In this document: piece after piece, positions 7,226-18,900 of the stretch | How positions within the stretch are numbered: the stretch's first letter is position 1 | Layout: each line of letters starts with the position of its first letter | DNA from: an uncultured Rhodopirellula sp. | GTDB lineage: Bacteria > Planctomycetota > Planctomycetia > Pirellulales > Pirellulaceae | Reading direction: 5' to 3' | Assembly: GCA_964007735.1 (NCBI GenBank) | Contig: CAXGAI010000031.1 | Location: 1 to 52,492, forward strand | Length of the DNA stretch: 52,492 bases | The notes under the pieces: model-generated | What the model saw: only the letters and a program-made list of their open reading frames with translations | The model's database searches: none | What the model was told of the DNA's origin: nothing | Program-made: the position numbers and the translations under genes

Positions 7226-9232
7226 TTAGTCTTCCGTGGTTTCAAATTTGACTTTATCCGAGCCTCCAGCCAATCGGACGAGATCGGGCAGGTCATAAAC
7301 CTGTAAGGCTCCGTTTACAATCGAGTCTAACTGCCCCTGTGCATTCTGATCCCCAACGATGTTCGTCCAACTTGGGGGTGCGTTTTTGATGGTTACTGTA
7401 GCAAAGAGATCTGGATGAATGGCGGCAGCGTGTAGCGCGACAATCCCTGCTTGTCCAACGCCAACGAGATGGACCTTTCGTTTCTCATCAGTTGGAAGGG
7501 CATAGTTGGCAATAAACTTTGCGCCCGAGATTGCATCCTCTGTCCGCGGACCTACAAGAGTCTTCCCTTGGAGATATGCCAGATAGAAAAGTTTCCAGTC
7601 GCCCAGAAGGTCGTCGCGAACCTCCATTCTTGTTTCACCTTGCCCTCGCATATCCAGAGTGACCACGGCATATCCATCATTGACAAGGTCTTCAATGGGC
7701 CCCAGGGGCTGGCCGTCTCCTGTCTTGCCTTCGTCAGTTAAATAGAGGTAGGCTGATTCCTGCGGGACTTTAGGATGGAATGTAAGTCCCGGAAGCGGAA
7801 TTTTGCTATCGGTATGAAGAACGAGCTTATCGATATGGTATTCATCTCGATGCACTCTGGCTATATCTTCCATCCGAGGTACTGGAATTTTTGCGGGGGG
7901 CCGAATTCCGGCTAGCTTACTAATCTCTATTCGTAAATCATGATCGCTTTGGTCTTTCCCTTTTTCCTGTCGGACTTTTGACAGTTGACGGGCAATATCA
8001 GCGTTAAGATCAAAAACAGACTTTTCATTTTCTAGCGTAAGAACCTGCCCCTTCTCGGTGCAGTTTAGTACTGAGAGTTCCTGAAGATTCTGATCGAAGT
8101 TTCGAATGGGCACATTAGCATCTTTATCTAAGAGCCAGCGTTGCATCCAGTGGCCAATGGTTGCCAGGCTTTGCGGCTTTACGCCATGAGTGCCTTCCAC
8201 TTCCACCATGTCCACTTTGTGAGGATAGCCCAGCACACCGTAAACTCTTTTTGCCTGACGATAATTCTCCCAGGCTCCTTTGATATCGAAGTAATCACCG
8301 GTTGTAGAAGTGATGAGGGTGGGGCGCGGAGCCCGCATGATGACATAATCCGGGTGATCCATTCCAAAGGCCAGTTGTCCAAAGATGTTTTGTTCCGAAT
8401 CCTGAGGCCCTCGCGTTTCAATGAGTTTTTGAAAGGTCGTTAGATAACAGGCAGGAGCCGCGCAGGTAACACGGGGATCCAGCGACATCACATAACTGGT
8501 AAGGGTGCCCCCACCACTACACCCGGTGTAACCTACCTTTGTCGAGTCGATATCGCCGCGGGTACAAACATAGTCGATTGCTCGCATGGCATCCCAGATC
8601 ATATAAGTCGCCGTGTTGCGTCCCACCAGAATCGAGCCTACTCCCATCAGGAAGTGCTCTGTGGTTGTAGCACTGTATAACGGCTTTACTTCCTCGTTGA
8701 CGACTTGTGACCGTTCTCCCTGTCCAATCGGATCACATACGAATGAGGCGATTCCAAGAGTTGCCATTCGAATACCAAATCGCTGGTTGTAATCTGCCAG
8801 TTTAGCAGTACGACTGTGGCCGCTGGATACGACAACAACAGGGAAGGGGCCGTCTCCATGAGGGAGGTACATATTCCCGGTGACATGATGATGGGGCTGA
8901 CTTTCAAAAATAATATTTTCGATCGTATACTCTTTCAGTTCAGTACGTTTTACGATCTTGGCGTTAAGGTCGGTGCGTTTAGGAAAACCTCCTAAGGCTT
9001 TCAAAAACTTACCGCGTAAGCTGTCCTGATACTCTTTAACAGCTTTTGCTGTCGTGAGTGTATTTAAATTCTCCTGTCGAGTATTTAGCAGTGTATAAGC
9101 CTCTGCTTGCAGGTGTTTGTAATAATTCGATTCCTCGCGTTGTTTTTCCGTTAAGACACTGAGGTCTTCACCTAAAACAGTGCCGGAGAGAAAAAGAAGT
9201 AAAAGGACGATCCGTGGAAGGTAGTTGGTCAT
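7226..9232 (-). CDS. Exported alpha/beta-hydrolase (acetylxylan esterase-like, two-domain planctomycete type)
   Basis: Signal peptide; SGHS, DPIGQGER, nucleophile elbow GCSGGG. Second degenerate hydrolase module (DMRGQGET). Confidence 0.8.
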   Translation of the reverse strand: MTNYLPRIVLLLLFLSGTVLGEDLSVLTEKQREESNYYKHLQAEAYTLLNTRQENLNTLTTAKAVKEYQDSLRGKFLKALGGFPKRTDLNAKIVKRTELKEYTIENIIFESQPHHHVTGNMYLPHGDGPFPVVVVSSGHSRTAKLADYNQRFGIRMATLGIASFVCDPIGQGERSQVVNEEVKPLYSATTTEHFLMGVGSILVGRNTATYMIWDAMRAIDYVCTRGDIDSTKVGYTGCSGGGTLTSYVMSLDPRVTCAAPACYLTTFQKLIETRGPQDSEQNIFGQLAFGMDHPDYVIMRAPRPTLITSTTGDYFDIKGAWENYRQAKRVYGVLGYPHKVDMVEVEGTHGVKPQSLATIGHWMQRWLLDKDANVPIRNFDQNLQELSVLNCTEKGQVLTLENEKSVFDLNADIARQLSKVRQEKGKDQSDHDLRIEISKLAGIRPPAKIPVPRMEDIARVHRDEYHIDKLVLHTDSKIPLPGLTFHPKVPQESAYLYLTDEGKTGDGQPLGPIEDLVNDGYAVVTLDMRGQGETRMEVRDDLLGDWKLFYLAYLQGKTLVGPRTEDAISGAKFIANYALPTDEKRKVHLVGVGQAGIVALHAAAIHPDLFATVTIKNAPPSWTNIVGDQNAQGQLDSIVNGALQVYDLPDLVRLAGGSDKVKFETTED

Positions 9233-9254
9233 GATGTCTTCGTTCTATGGAATA

Positions 9255-10697
9255 CTATTTGTCGTTGTGTAATTTGTGATACATCTGTATCAATTCTGTT
9301 GTAATTTGGTCCGAGGCGTATATTTCGACCCAGTTTGTTCCTAACCAGGTCTCATATCCTCCCAGACGATGATGTTCGGGCGTGGGTAAATACCCATACC
9401 ACCCATTTGCTAACTCAATGGTAAACGAATTTTTAAAGGGTGACTGTGCCTTGAGGCGTAAACCGATTTCCACGAAAGTTTCAAAAGGTATAGCTGAAAT
9501 GCCTGTATCACCGATTCGAATTACTTGGATGGAAGCGGTAATGGAATCGGGACCATCTTTTAGTTTTGCGATCCGAGAAGCATAGACTTTCTCCATGGGG
9601 TGTGAAATAAATTTTCCTTCAGGTAATTTTAATGCTTCTTCGAAGTGCTTGAGCATGGCTTCGCTTGGCTGTCTTAATTTAAGCTGTATGTCCTTTTGTA
9701 ACGCGCCTAACTGCACCTGGTTTTCATACTTGATATCCGTATAAGCCTGGTGAACCTTAGTTGCTACATGAAGAGCCACTTCCTGCATCTTTTCATAGCG
9801 TCCATAACGTTTACTATCCGGTGCAGGCTGAAAGTTGATATTGTTGATATCACCGCTGGTACCGTTAGATAGCACTCCCACGAATTTCGGTTCCACCTTG
9901 GCGGCCCCTATTTTCTGTTCAATGTATTGCGAAAAATAACCAAAGTAGTCTGCCGAAATGTCTCCCGTATTTACTCCCCCGACATAGTGCAAAGAATAAT
10001 TTGCAAGGAGTGCGATGGGGCGACCGTTTGTGGCCTGAATAGAAAGAAAGCAAATCTCAGGGTCAGTCGGTCCGGCGGGTACGTCAAGTGAAGAATGGTT
10101 TCTGGGAGGGTTCATACGAACACGATCAACACCCCCGAATGGATTAGCCAGAATGCCCGCATCACCAGCGTGCCAACGTCGGTTAAATACTTCATTTGGT
10201 TCTTCGGCGACGCCCCAGCCGATCTTGGCTGGTTCAAGTTGATTTAAGGCGCGGCGGACTCCGTCGGAAATACGCTGTGCGAGAAATCGTCCGTATTCAG
10301 ATACCTCATCAGGCCAGAAGACAGCCTGTGGCCCACGAGGAGTGGCCGCAGAATGAGTGTGCGTTGCTGAAATCAGCACATGGCTAGGCGGTATCTCGGT
10401 GTGTTTGGAAATCTGCTTTTTGGCCAAATCAGCAATCTCACGAGGTATTCCAAGAATGTCGGCAACCACAATGGCAATCCTGGTTGAACCGTCATCCAGA
10501 ACGATGCAACGGGCAAACAGATCGTCGTGGACGTGTGTTGCAGGTATCGGTCGAAAGCCTCCGATAATGGAACTACCTAGAGGAGGTGTAATATTTGCTG
10601 CAACTGCACCCGCTTTGAGCTGCCGATTGTCTTGAGCAGATGCGCCGAACATGCACCCAAAAACAAACATCAGGGCCATTGTCGTTCGTACGTACAT
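9255..10697 (-). CDS. Neutral/alkaline non-lysosomal ceramidase-like exported protein
   Basis: Signal peptide; AANITPP, VHDDLFARCIVL, ISATHTHSA, NYSLHY, ISADY, GTSGDIN, PFE, ELANGWYGYLPT, GGYE. Confidence 0.8.
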   Translation of the reverse strand: MYVRTTMALMFVFGCMFGASAQDNRQLKAGAVAANITPPLGSSIIGGFRPIPATHVHDDLFARCIVLDDGSTRIAIVVADILGIPREIADLAKKQISKHTEIPPSHVLISATHTHSAATPRGPQAVFWPDEVSEYGRFLAQRISDGVRRALNQLEPAKIGWGVAEEPNEVFNRRWHAGDAGILANPFGGVDRVRMNPPRNHSSLDVPAGPTDPEICFLSIQATNGRPIALLANYSLHYVGGVNTGDISADYFGYFSQYIEQKIGAAKVEPKFVGVLSNGTSGDINNINFQPAPDSKRYGRYEKMQEVALHVATKVHQAYTDIKYENQVQLGALQKDIQLKLRQPSEAMLKHFEEALKLPEGKFISHPMEKVYASRIAKLKDGPDSITASIQVIRIGDTGISAIPFETFVEIGLRLKAQSPFKNSFTIELANGWYGYLPTPEHHRLGGYETWLGTNWVEIYASDQITTELIQMYHKLHNDK

Positions 10698-10794
10698 AAT
10701 TGAAATCTGTCGTGAGGAGGGAGGGATCTTTTGAACTAATATTTATGCTAACGCATCTTTAGTTCGAATTGGAGGCTTAGGCACAGTTTGCTTG

Positions 10795-13275
10795 CTATCG
10801 ACTAAAGAGCTCGCTGGTAACGACAGCCAATATCAAGTCCCTCAGAGCATATTCATGTCCTTTGACAGCGAGAGTGATTTCTTCAACTTCACCACGGTCT
10901 GTCGGCTCTATGGACCGGCCCAGTGCGTGTACTAAAAGGCTATTGGTCAATGTGCGGATAAAGAAAGTTTGATTTTCAACCAGGATGCTCTTTAATTGCT
11001 CGGGGCCGGAAAATACTCTTCCGCCAGGTAAGCGGCCCGATGTATCAATGGGTAGCTTATTCGACGAGTCATAATGCGTGCGTAATCTTCCGATAGGATC
11101 GAAACGTTCTAATGCAAATCCATAGGGATCAATATTTCGATGACATTGATTGCATGTGGCCGATTCGCGATGTTTCGCCAATTGCTGCCGAATGGTTGGA
11201 GCGCCGCGGACATCAGGGTCGATGTCTGGAACGTCATCCGGGGGCAGTGGTGGCTGGATGCCCATGATGTGCTTCGAAATCCAAACTCCCCGGGTAACAG
11301 GTGATGTATCAACGCCGTTGGCAGAGACGGTGAGAACGCTGGCTTGCCCGAGTAAACCACCGCGGATCAGTGAATCGAATTCAACTCGATGGAACTCTTC
11401 GGCCTTGCCAACCGGCACCTGATTTTCCACTCCGTAAAGCTTGGCAAGATCACGGTTGGCAAAAGTGTAACGCGCGTTCAGGAATCTCAATGCCGATGCA
11501 TTCCGATCGATAAGATCTCTCATAAATAACTGAGTTTCCTGTTTCATTTCTTCTTCTAGAGCTGAGGCGTAGTAGACTCGAAATGAATCAGGATCAGGAG
11601 GCATACTGCCTAATGCTCTTAACCCCAGCCAATTGTCAATGAAGTCTGCAATAAACCGGTCACTGTCGGATGAAGCCAACAGTCGTAGCGCTTCCAGGCG
11701 AATTGTTTGCCTGTCCAGCTTTTGGTTTTCGGCTAATGCTCGCAATTGGCTGTCAGGCATTGAAGAGGTCAAAAAGTAAGCAAGTCGCTCGGCCAGCGCA
11801 TGTTGTCTGGACACCCCTTCTGTTTCCGGTGAGGGGCTGAAATACAAAAATGCCGGAGAGCAAAGCACGGCCTTGAGTGTATCTTTATATGCCTCGAGTG
11901 GAAGATGACCGTCTTCAACCCGTAAATCATAAATACGCATGAAACTGTCAATTTCGTCTTCCTGAACAGGTCGGCGAAATGCGCGATTTGCAAAATCAGT
12001 AACCAGAGCTCTCGTCTTATCGGAATTGAATTCAGGGCCCCCAAGCAATTGATTTTGTCGCGATGTTAAATCAGGATTTGGAAGCGGACCGTGTAAATGC
12101 ACTTTGTGAATACGGATTTGAGGAATCAGTCCGTCTTTAAGAGCCCAATTTCGCTGACTGACGATACTTTTGCTGTCACGCACATCTGCGGGGATGAGTT
12201 CCCGGTGATACCGAAACACTCTTGCGAATGCACCACGCGTGTTGTGAGCGCCGTTCTCAAAGGTAAATCGTGGAGAGTGTCCCTGATCCAGAGGAATATT
12301 AAACGTGTACCATCTCAACTCTTCATCTTGAATCGGAGATTCTGCCAATAGAGGTTCGATCGGTTGGGTGTGAGCCATATCACCAATCCCGACACGCCCC
12401 GGACGAATGCCCATACGAAACGGCTCAGCGTTGTCGATTTGTATGGCTTCATGACTATAGGGGGTATTGCGGTGAAGAGCCTGAGCATAAACCTTTACCT
12501 CGTAAACACCGTCAGAGGGAACTCCATCGGTCAGATCGTAAAGAGGACCGTATGCACCTTGAGGTTTGTCATTGTTACGGTGATCATAGAGACACAGGTA
12601 CCGATGCTTGAATGCCTTGTCATGAGCAATTCTTAGCTCGGTTTGCTGATAGAAGTAATCTTTAAAGACCCATGATTGAGGGGGATTAGGCTTGAGTTGC
12701 TCAAAGGCCTTTTCAACGCTGGCATCAGCTGCCTGAAGGTATTGCTCGAGTAGAAATCCTGATGTGATCAATGCATGCCCGACGTTGTCAAATTCTCCAT
12801 CCAGACTGTCCCCGGGGAATTCAATTGTAGGATCAAACATCACCATGTCGATCCCCAGTAAGTCACTGATTGTATTTCTATACTCTCGACGCGTGAGTCT
12901 GCGGAGGACCGTTTTACCTCCTGTACTTTGACTCTTCGCACGCATCCGCATCAAAATTTCAGTTAACTCGCCGATGACTTCGAGACGCTGCTGTTTTGGC
13001 GGCTGCTCTGCATCCTCTGGAGGCATAGTCCCCAGCGTAAGTTGATCAATGACTTCCTGTACGCGAATCTGAGTGTCCAGATTGTACTGTTCAAAATCAA
13101 GACTTGAAAAATCTCGTTCGCCTGCCGCGTCGTCTGCTGAATGGCAATGGATACAGAATTGTTTCAGGAAAACTGTGCCTTTGTCTAAGGCATAGCTATT
13201 TGATGTGAGAATCAAAATGGATGCATGACCACAGGCCATCACCAGTAATGAAAACCACAGACTGTGAAAACGCAT
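10795..13275 (-). CDS. DUF1592-family protein (PSD/PSCyt domains DUF1587/1595/1592/1588/1585) with c-type heme motifs
   Basis: Signal peptide; CIHCH; LRRLTRREYRNTISDLLG; FANRAFRRPV; LAERLAYFLTSSMPD; TSPVTRGVW; CNQCH..IDPYGFALERFDPIG. Confidence 0.9.
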   Translation of the reverse strand: MRFHSLWFSLLVMACGHASILILTSNSYALDKGTVFLKQFCIHCHSADDAAGERDFSSLDFEQYNLDTQIRVQEVIDQLTLGTMPPEDAEQPPKQQRLEVIGELTEILMRMRAKSQSTGGKTVLRRLTRREYRNTISDLLGIDMVMFDPTIEFPGDSLDGEFDNVGHALITSGFLLEQYLQAADASVEKAFEQLKPNPPQSWVFKDYFYQQTELRIAHDKAFKHRYLCLYDHRNNDKPQGAYGPLYDLTDGVPSDGVYEVKVYAQALHRNTPYSHEAIQIDNAEPFRMGIRPGRVGIGDMAHTQPIEPLLAESPIQDEELRWYTFNIPLDQGHSPRFTFENGAHNTRGAFARVFRYHRELIPADVRDSKSIVSQRNWALKDGLIPQIRIHKVHLHGPLPNPDLTSRQNQLLGGPEFNSDKTRALVTDFANRAFRRPVQEDEIDSFMRIYDLRVEDGHLPLEAYKDTLKAVLCSPAFLYFSPSPETEGVSRQHALAERLAYFLTSSMPDSQLRALAENQKLDRQTIRLEALRLLASSDSDRFIADFIDNWLGLRALGSMPPDPDSFRVYYASALEEEMKQETQLFMRDLIDRNASALRFLNARYTFANRDLAKLYGVENQVPVGKAEEFHRVEFDSLIRGGLLGQASVLTVSANGVDTSPVTRGVWISKHIMGIQPPLPPDDVPDIDPDVRGAPTIRQQLAKHRESATCNQCHRNIDPYGFALERFDPIGRLRTHYDSSNKLPIDTSGRLPGGRVFSGPEQLKSILVENQTFFIRTLTNSLLVHALGRSIEPTDRGEVEEITLAVKGHEYALRDLILAVVTSELFSR

Positions 13276-14600
13276 TAAGCGAATCCTCGTAGTGTTCCGG
13301 TGCTCGTGGCGAATCGCTCCGTCTTTAATCCAAAGCTTTGAAGCATGGTGACAAAGAGGTTTGTGAGCGGAGGCCGATGTCGATGCTGTCGATCAAAATC
13401 CATCACACGGCCATGTTCAAATCCACCTCCGGCAAAGACAATTGGTAAATTCGTGTTGGCGTGCGAATTAGCATCACCCATTCCGCTACCAAACAGAACC
13501 ATCGTATTATCCAGCAGTTTTCCGGACTCGTCGTCCATACTTGCCAGTCGCTGTACGAATTTGGTGAATTCCTGCAATTGATAAGATTCCAGCTTGATCA
13601 ACGCATCGATGCTGCTTTGTTTCTTGCCGTGGTGTGACAGACCATGATAGCCTCCGCTGATCCCCAGGTCCTTAGGATTGAACTCTCCACCAAGTTCCAA
13701 TGTGGCAATTCGAGTGGAATTGGTCTGCAATGCTAATGCGATGAGTTCGTAAAGCAGAGGGAGATCTTCAACAAGGTTTTTATTCTTCGGTGCTGCAAAC
13801 GGAGCATCTGGTTTGGGGATGTCAATCCAATTTTTACGTAAGCCAATTCGCTTTTCGACTTCCCGCACGGAAGTTAAATATTCGTCAAGCTTTTGACGGT
13901 CTTGTGAGTTCAGTCTTCTTTCGATGCGGTTCGCTTCGTCACGCACCACGTCAAGAATGGATGCCTGCAGCGTAAACTGGTCATTACGAACAGCCTTCTG
14001 GCTAGGGTCAATCTGAACAAACAACTTTTTGAATAGTTGTTCCGGCCCTGGAATTGGTGGTACCCGTGTACCTGTTTTTGTCCAGGAAATCTGACAACCA
14101 CCATGAATTCCAGTCTCATCTCCAATCGTTAAAGTTGGAAACCTCGTTTGCCCGGGGATTTGCTCCGCAGCAAATTGATCAATAGTGACGTTTCCCATCG
14201 GCATTGATTTGGCATCGATATGACGAACGCCGGATAAAAATGTGTGAATGGAGAAGTGCCCACCGCTTGTACCGTGCTCGAGACCCTGAATGATGGTCAT
14301 TTGATCTCTGATTGCATTCAATGCAGTAGAGGTAGGCCCCAGTGTAAATTCTCGATGGATATTCAGCCCTCCGTCATCGCTTTTTGCCGAAAGCTCGGGC
14401 CAGAATGCAGGCGGATAAAAACCAAGCATATTGCCAATGCAGACCATCCGACGACGCTGCACCGGTTTAGAGTTTGCGGTCAGGGTCCCTGATTGTGAAA
14501 ACCCCAATGAGGGTAAGAACGGTAACGCCATTGAAACTCCAGCGCCGCTCAAGAATTTGCGTCGACTGGCTATGTTGCAGTGGGAGTTGTATTTCATCAT
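13275..14600 (-). CDS. DUF1552 (HXXSHH) family Tat-exported protein
   Basis: Tat motif SRRKFLSG; SILDVV..DRQKLDEYLTSVREVE; HGLSHH; LLDNTMVLFGSGMGD..H. TAATG overlap with the downstream DUF1592 gene. Confidence 0.9.
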   Translation of the reverse strand: MMKYNSHCNIASRRKFLSGAGVSMALPFLPSLGFSQSGTLTANSKPVQRRRMVCIGNMLGFYPPAFWPELSAKSDDGGLNIHREFTLGPTSTALNAIRDQMTIIQGLEHGTSGGHFSIHTFLSGVRHIDAKSMPMGNVTIDQFAAEQIPGQTRFPTLTIGDETGIHGGCQISWTKTGTRVPPIPGPEQLFKKLFVQIDPSQKAVRNDQFTLQASILDVVRDEANRIERRLNSQDRQKLDEYLTSVREVEKRIGLRKNWIDIPKPDAPFAAPKNKNLVEDLPLLYELIALALQTNSTRIATLELGGEFNPKDLGISGGYHGLSHHGKKQSSIDALIKLESYQLQEFTKFVQRLASMDDESGKLLDNTMVLFGSGMGDANSHANTNLPIVFAGGGFEHGRVMDFDRQHRHRPPLTNLFVTMLQSFGLKTERFATSTGTLRGFA

Positions 14601-14606
14601 TTCAGT

Positions 14607-15911
14607 TTAGATTTCGGCCAGCGATTCGGTAGCATCTCCAAAACTATCGACTTTTACGTCCATTTTGTTCATCATCGACATGAATAGTCGGCACATTTGT
14701 CGGTTTTCATTATCCATGTAATTCAGATTCTGACCTGTTTGAATCCGGCCACCGGCATTGCCCAGCATGACCACTGGCAGTTCATTGGCATTATGGTGCC
14801 CACTCATCATACTCGAGCATAACATAAGCATCGAGTTATCCAGTAGAGTTCGTTCTCCTTCCTGGATGCTGTCCATGCGTTTAGCGATGTAGGCGACCTG
14901 TTCCAGGAAAAACTGGTTTACCTTGAGCCAGTCTTCGCTATCAGTATGACTTAGTAAGTGATGAATCATGTAATCCACACCGAGGTGCGGAAAGCGCAAG
15001 GTGCCGTGATCATTATTCAGTTTGAGTGTGCATACTCTCGTAGTATCGGTTTGGAATGCCAATACAAGAATGTCAGACATCAATCGCATATGTTCAACAA
15101 TGTCTTGTGGATAGCCATCAGTTGGGCGAGCCATATTAGGTTCGGTTAACGTTGGCTTAAATCCCTGGAGTTCTCCGCGTTTGCCAGCCTGTTCAATTCG
15201 TGTTTCAACTTCACGAACACTGTTTAGGTATTCATCAAGTTTCTGTTGATCACGGCGGCTAATCTTGCGGCGAAAATCTTTCGCATCGGCAAGGATAGCA
15301 TCCAGAACGCTTTGATCACCTTGTTGTGATGAATCTTTGAACAATTGGTCGAATGCCAGAGCCGGGTAGACTTCGAGGGGGGTTGGAGTGGTGGGACTGC
15401 TCCATGAAATGTGAGAGCTGTATAACATGGAGTAGTCTTTGTGCACTGAGGGGTTTGCTTTTTCACACCCCAGAACAAGACTTGAAACCTTGGTGCGATG
15501 ACCTATTTTTTGTGCCACCATTTGGTCAATACTGGTGCCCGAAATGATCTTCCCCCCAGACGCCAAAGGAGCACCTGATAGTAGGTTTCCAGTTTGGGAA
15601 CTATGGATATTTCCTTTCAAAGCTTCTGCATTGTAGAGGCCTTTGATGAAGTTAAGTTTGTCTTTGTGCGGTTCTAATGGCTTGAGGACTTTCCCCAATT
15701 CCATTTCAGCACCCTGACCTTTAGCCCACCATTCATTCGTATGGTAGCCACAACCGCTAAACAAAATAGCCATACGAATAGGAGCTTCACTTGATGGTTC
15801 ATTGCCGTTAGGAGTGTCACCCCAGACGACAGCGGATTCCATCCATGGCAATGCCATCGAACAGCCTAATCCGCGAAGCATTGTTCGACGTGAGAGTATG
15901 TGGTTATTCAT
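14607..15911 (-). CDS. DUF1552 family Tat-exported protein (variant HHLLSH motif)
   Basis: Tat motif SRRTMLRG; SIDQMVA; SVLDAI..DQQKLDEYLNSVREVE; LAFQTDTTRV; HHLLSHT; EGERTLLDNS. Confidence 0.9.
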   Translation of the reverse strand: MNNHILSRRTMLRGLGCSMALPWMESAVVWGDTPNGNEPSSEAPIRMAILFSGCGYHTNEWWAKGQGAEMELGKVLKPLEPHKDKLNFIKGLYNAEALKGNIHSSQTGNLLSGAPLASGGKIISGTSIDQMVAQKIGHRTKVSSLVLGCEKANPSVHKDYSMLYSSHISWSSPTTPTPLEVYPALAFDQLFKDSSQQGDQSVLDAILADAKDFRRKISRRDQQKLDEYLNSVREVETRIEQAGKRGELQGFKPTLTEPNMARPTDGYPQDIVEHMRLMSDILVLAFQTDTTRVCTLKLNNDHGTLRFPHLGVDYMIHHLLSHTDSEDWLKVNQFFLEQVAYIAKRMDSIQEGERTLLDNSMLMLCSSMMSGHHNANELPVVMLGNAGGRIQTGQNLNYMDNENRQMCRLFMSMMNKMDVKVDSFGDATESLAEI

Positions 15912-15974
15912 CTGAGAGCCTCGGGCTAATGTTAAAAAGGTATTTGATGTAACAGTATTATAATGCGGGGTGGC

Positions 15975-18900
15975 TTATTCCGGTGTCGCGAAATCGCGTC
16001 CACGGATATATCGAAATTGCTTGCTCATTACAATTTGAGTAATAGCTACATTGATTCGATAGTCATTAGTCTTTAATTGTTGAACCATAGTATCGATAAG
16101 AGGGTTATCGGACAATTGAACTTCTCGTCCGAGCGAATACCCGAGTAGTTTCTTACAGAATTGGCGTAGGAAATCATCCTGACGTTTAGTGACAAGGTAG
16201 TTTCTCAAACCATCAATACCATCCAATTCGGTGTCATCGATAAGTGTTGTTCTGGTATCAATTTTATTGGGGCGAAGGCGTCCAAGAACATCATATTGTT
16301 CTAACGCAAATCCGTACGGGTCGATCAATGCATGGCATTTAGCACATTCGGCGACACTGCTGTGGAGTTCAATCAGTTCCCGAGCCGTTTTTCCTTCGGG
16401 GACGAATTCCGGAAGCTGTGGAACATTGGCTGGTGGTTTCGGCAGTCGTTCTCCCAATAAGGTTTCGTAGACCCAGTTCCCACGAAGAATTGGGCTGGTG
16501 CGACTTGCTCCGGAATTAGTTGCGAGGGTTGTACTCATACCCAGAATCCCACCTCGTCCAGCTTGTTTTACATTGTCCACACGACGCCATTCCAATCCGG
16601 TGACGCCCTCGATTCCATAATGTTTGGCTAATCGTTCGTTTAGGAATGTGTAGTCGGCATTTAGGATGTTCAGTACCGACCCATTGTTCCGGAACAGATC
16701 ATCAAAGAACTGTAGGATTTCCTGATACATATCTTCGCGCAATTCGGCAAACTCCGGATAGAGTTCTTCATTTTTGTCGTTGTTGGAATTGAAGTTACGG
16801 ACATGCAGCCATTGAGCGGCGAATTCTGTAGCAATACGGCTAGTTCGTGAATCAAGCAGCATGCGATTCGTTTGCTTCCGAATCTGTTGAGGTGTATCTA
16901 ATTGATTGTGACGAGCTGCTTCACGAAGGACCTCATCCGGTTGGGATGACCAAAGGAAGTAGCTCAGCCTCGCGGCGATCTCGCTGCTGGTGACACCTGT
17001 AGCATCGACTCCTTCCTTCGCATTCTCTTGTTTGAAGAGGAAGTTGGGAGAGGTCAGTATGCGTGCAATAGTCAGACGGCATGCCGGTTCGTGCTGCAGG
17101 CCGACTTCGCGAAGCGAAGTGTAGAGTTGATGGATTTCAGCACGTTCAGCAGCTTGAAGGTCACGGCGCCAAGCCGTGTGGGCGAAATCGATTACGGCCT
17201 TTAGATGAACAGGCTCGGTTTCTAAAAGCCGTTTCCGGAATCCCTCCGCATGAGCTTTGACATTGACTTCGATTGGTTTTAGATCTTCAACAATATCGGG
17301 GCGGTCTTGTGTTGCAAATTGATAAAGTTGCTCATAAGACACCTCATACTTCAAAGGCTCTTGAGCAACGAACAAAAATTCGTCCCATAAAGTATCGAGT
17401 TCTTCTCTTTGCTTGTTCGTGAGCATGAGTTTCTGCAGATAGTGGTCTTCGCGGTACCAAAGTACTAGTGGTACCACCTCGTCGACAGGGACAAGTCTTA
17501 CATATGCCAATGCCCTTGGGAACAGCTCACGAAATTCGTTGAGAGTATTCACCATTTCGTCATGGAAGACGTTTCCGGGAGGAGAGAGGATTGGAAATGT
17601 CACGAGTAGTCTGTTGTGAACGCTGTCATCTCCATTGAGGTGCAGTTGTACGGTTGCATCCCGGCCGTGGTTTGGGTCAGGAAGCCCGGACACCTTCAAG
17701 GTTCGTCCCCGGGCAAAAAGAGCCGGTATCTTGATTGCAACGGCCGAGGGAGCTTTGGAAACTAAATCCAGTTTTGCGACCTCACCGGAAACAGGATGTA
17801 CGCCAAATCTCTTGTCGAACTCGACACCTTCCTGTAGATCGCCGGGGACCACCGAATCTGCTAGTCCGATTAATGCCTGATAGACACGGCCTTCGGAAGA
17901 TTGAGGCTCCGTGGGAGCGGGTCCGTTGATGATGGCTTGAATTTCCGCGGCGAGCTGTTGCCGTTTGTTGGAGTCGGTTTCGTTGGCCCATGCCTCAAGG
18001 ATGGTTCCGAGCGGTAGAGAGCTGATTCGAACCGTTGGCTTGTTCAACTCCGTGACCAGGCCTTTGGTGATATGCCAAATGTTCGGATTGCCTAAACGAT
18101 CGGCATGAGGATTCCCAGCCAGAATGTCATTGGCACAGTCCCGGGCCAGATCCCACTCTCGTTGTTTACCCTCCAATTCCTTCAGCGTTAGATCGATTCT
18201 TGTAAGATCGCAGGCATGCTCCCCGTCACGTGGGCCAATATACAGACCGATAACTTCGCCTTTGCGGACGGACATTTCTTTGGTAGGAAATTCTTTGCTC
18301 TCCCTTAAGCCCGCGGTTCCATGCCACAACTCCTGGATTTTTTCACCCGCCCGGTGCTGGAGCCAGAATTCAGTACCGTTTCCACAATTACTGTGAGCAT
18401 CAGCAACCAGGGCTGTAACCGAGACACGAACATCTTCCGGTGCTTTCCAGAGTACCGCAAGATACATATCAGGGGTCGGATGTACCGTAATACCATGAGG
18501 ATGACTATCGCCCGGAATTTTTACCAAATCATCTGAGTGGTTTGCCGTTAGATTGGGAAGTTCTGCTCCCCATCCGTTGACGGTTGCATAACCGGCAACA
18601 TTTTTAACCTGTGACAGAATGAGCCCTTGTATTTCGACGGCAGTGGTTGCTCTCACATTCATCAACTCAAGCCACTTTTCTAATGACGGAGAATTGAGAT
18701 TGTGCTTCGTCGCCAGTGCCTCAATGTCGATTGGTGTGGGAAGTTTTGAAGCCTCGTCAACAGCTGCCAGATACTTGGAGGTATTCGATAACAGATTCTT
18801 TTGGATTTCAGCATAACGCCGGGAGACCCCTTCAAGGTTGGCAAGGTAAATGGGCGGCTCACCTTCTTTTTCAAGACGTGCGTTTTTCCATAAGACATAG

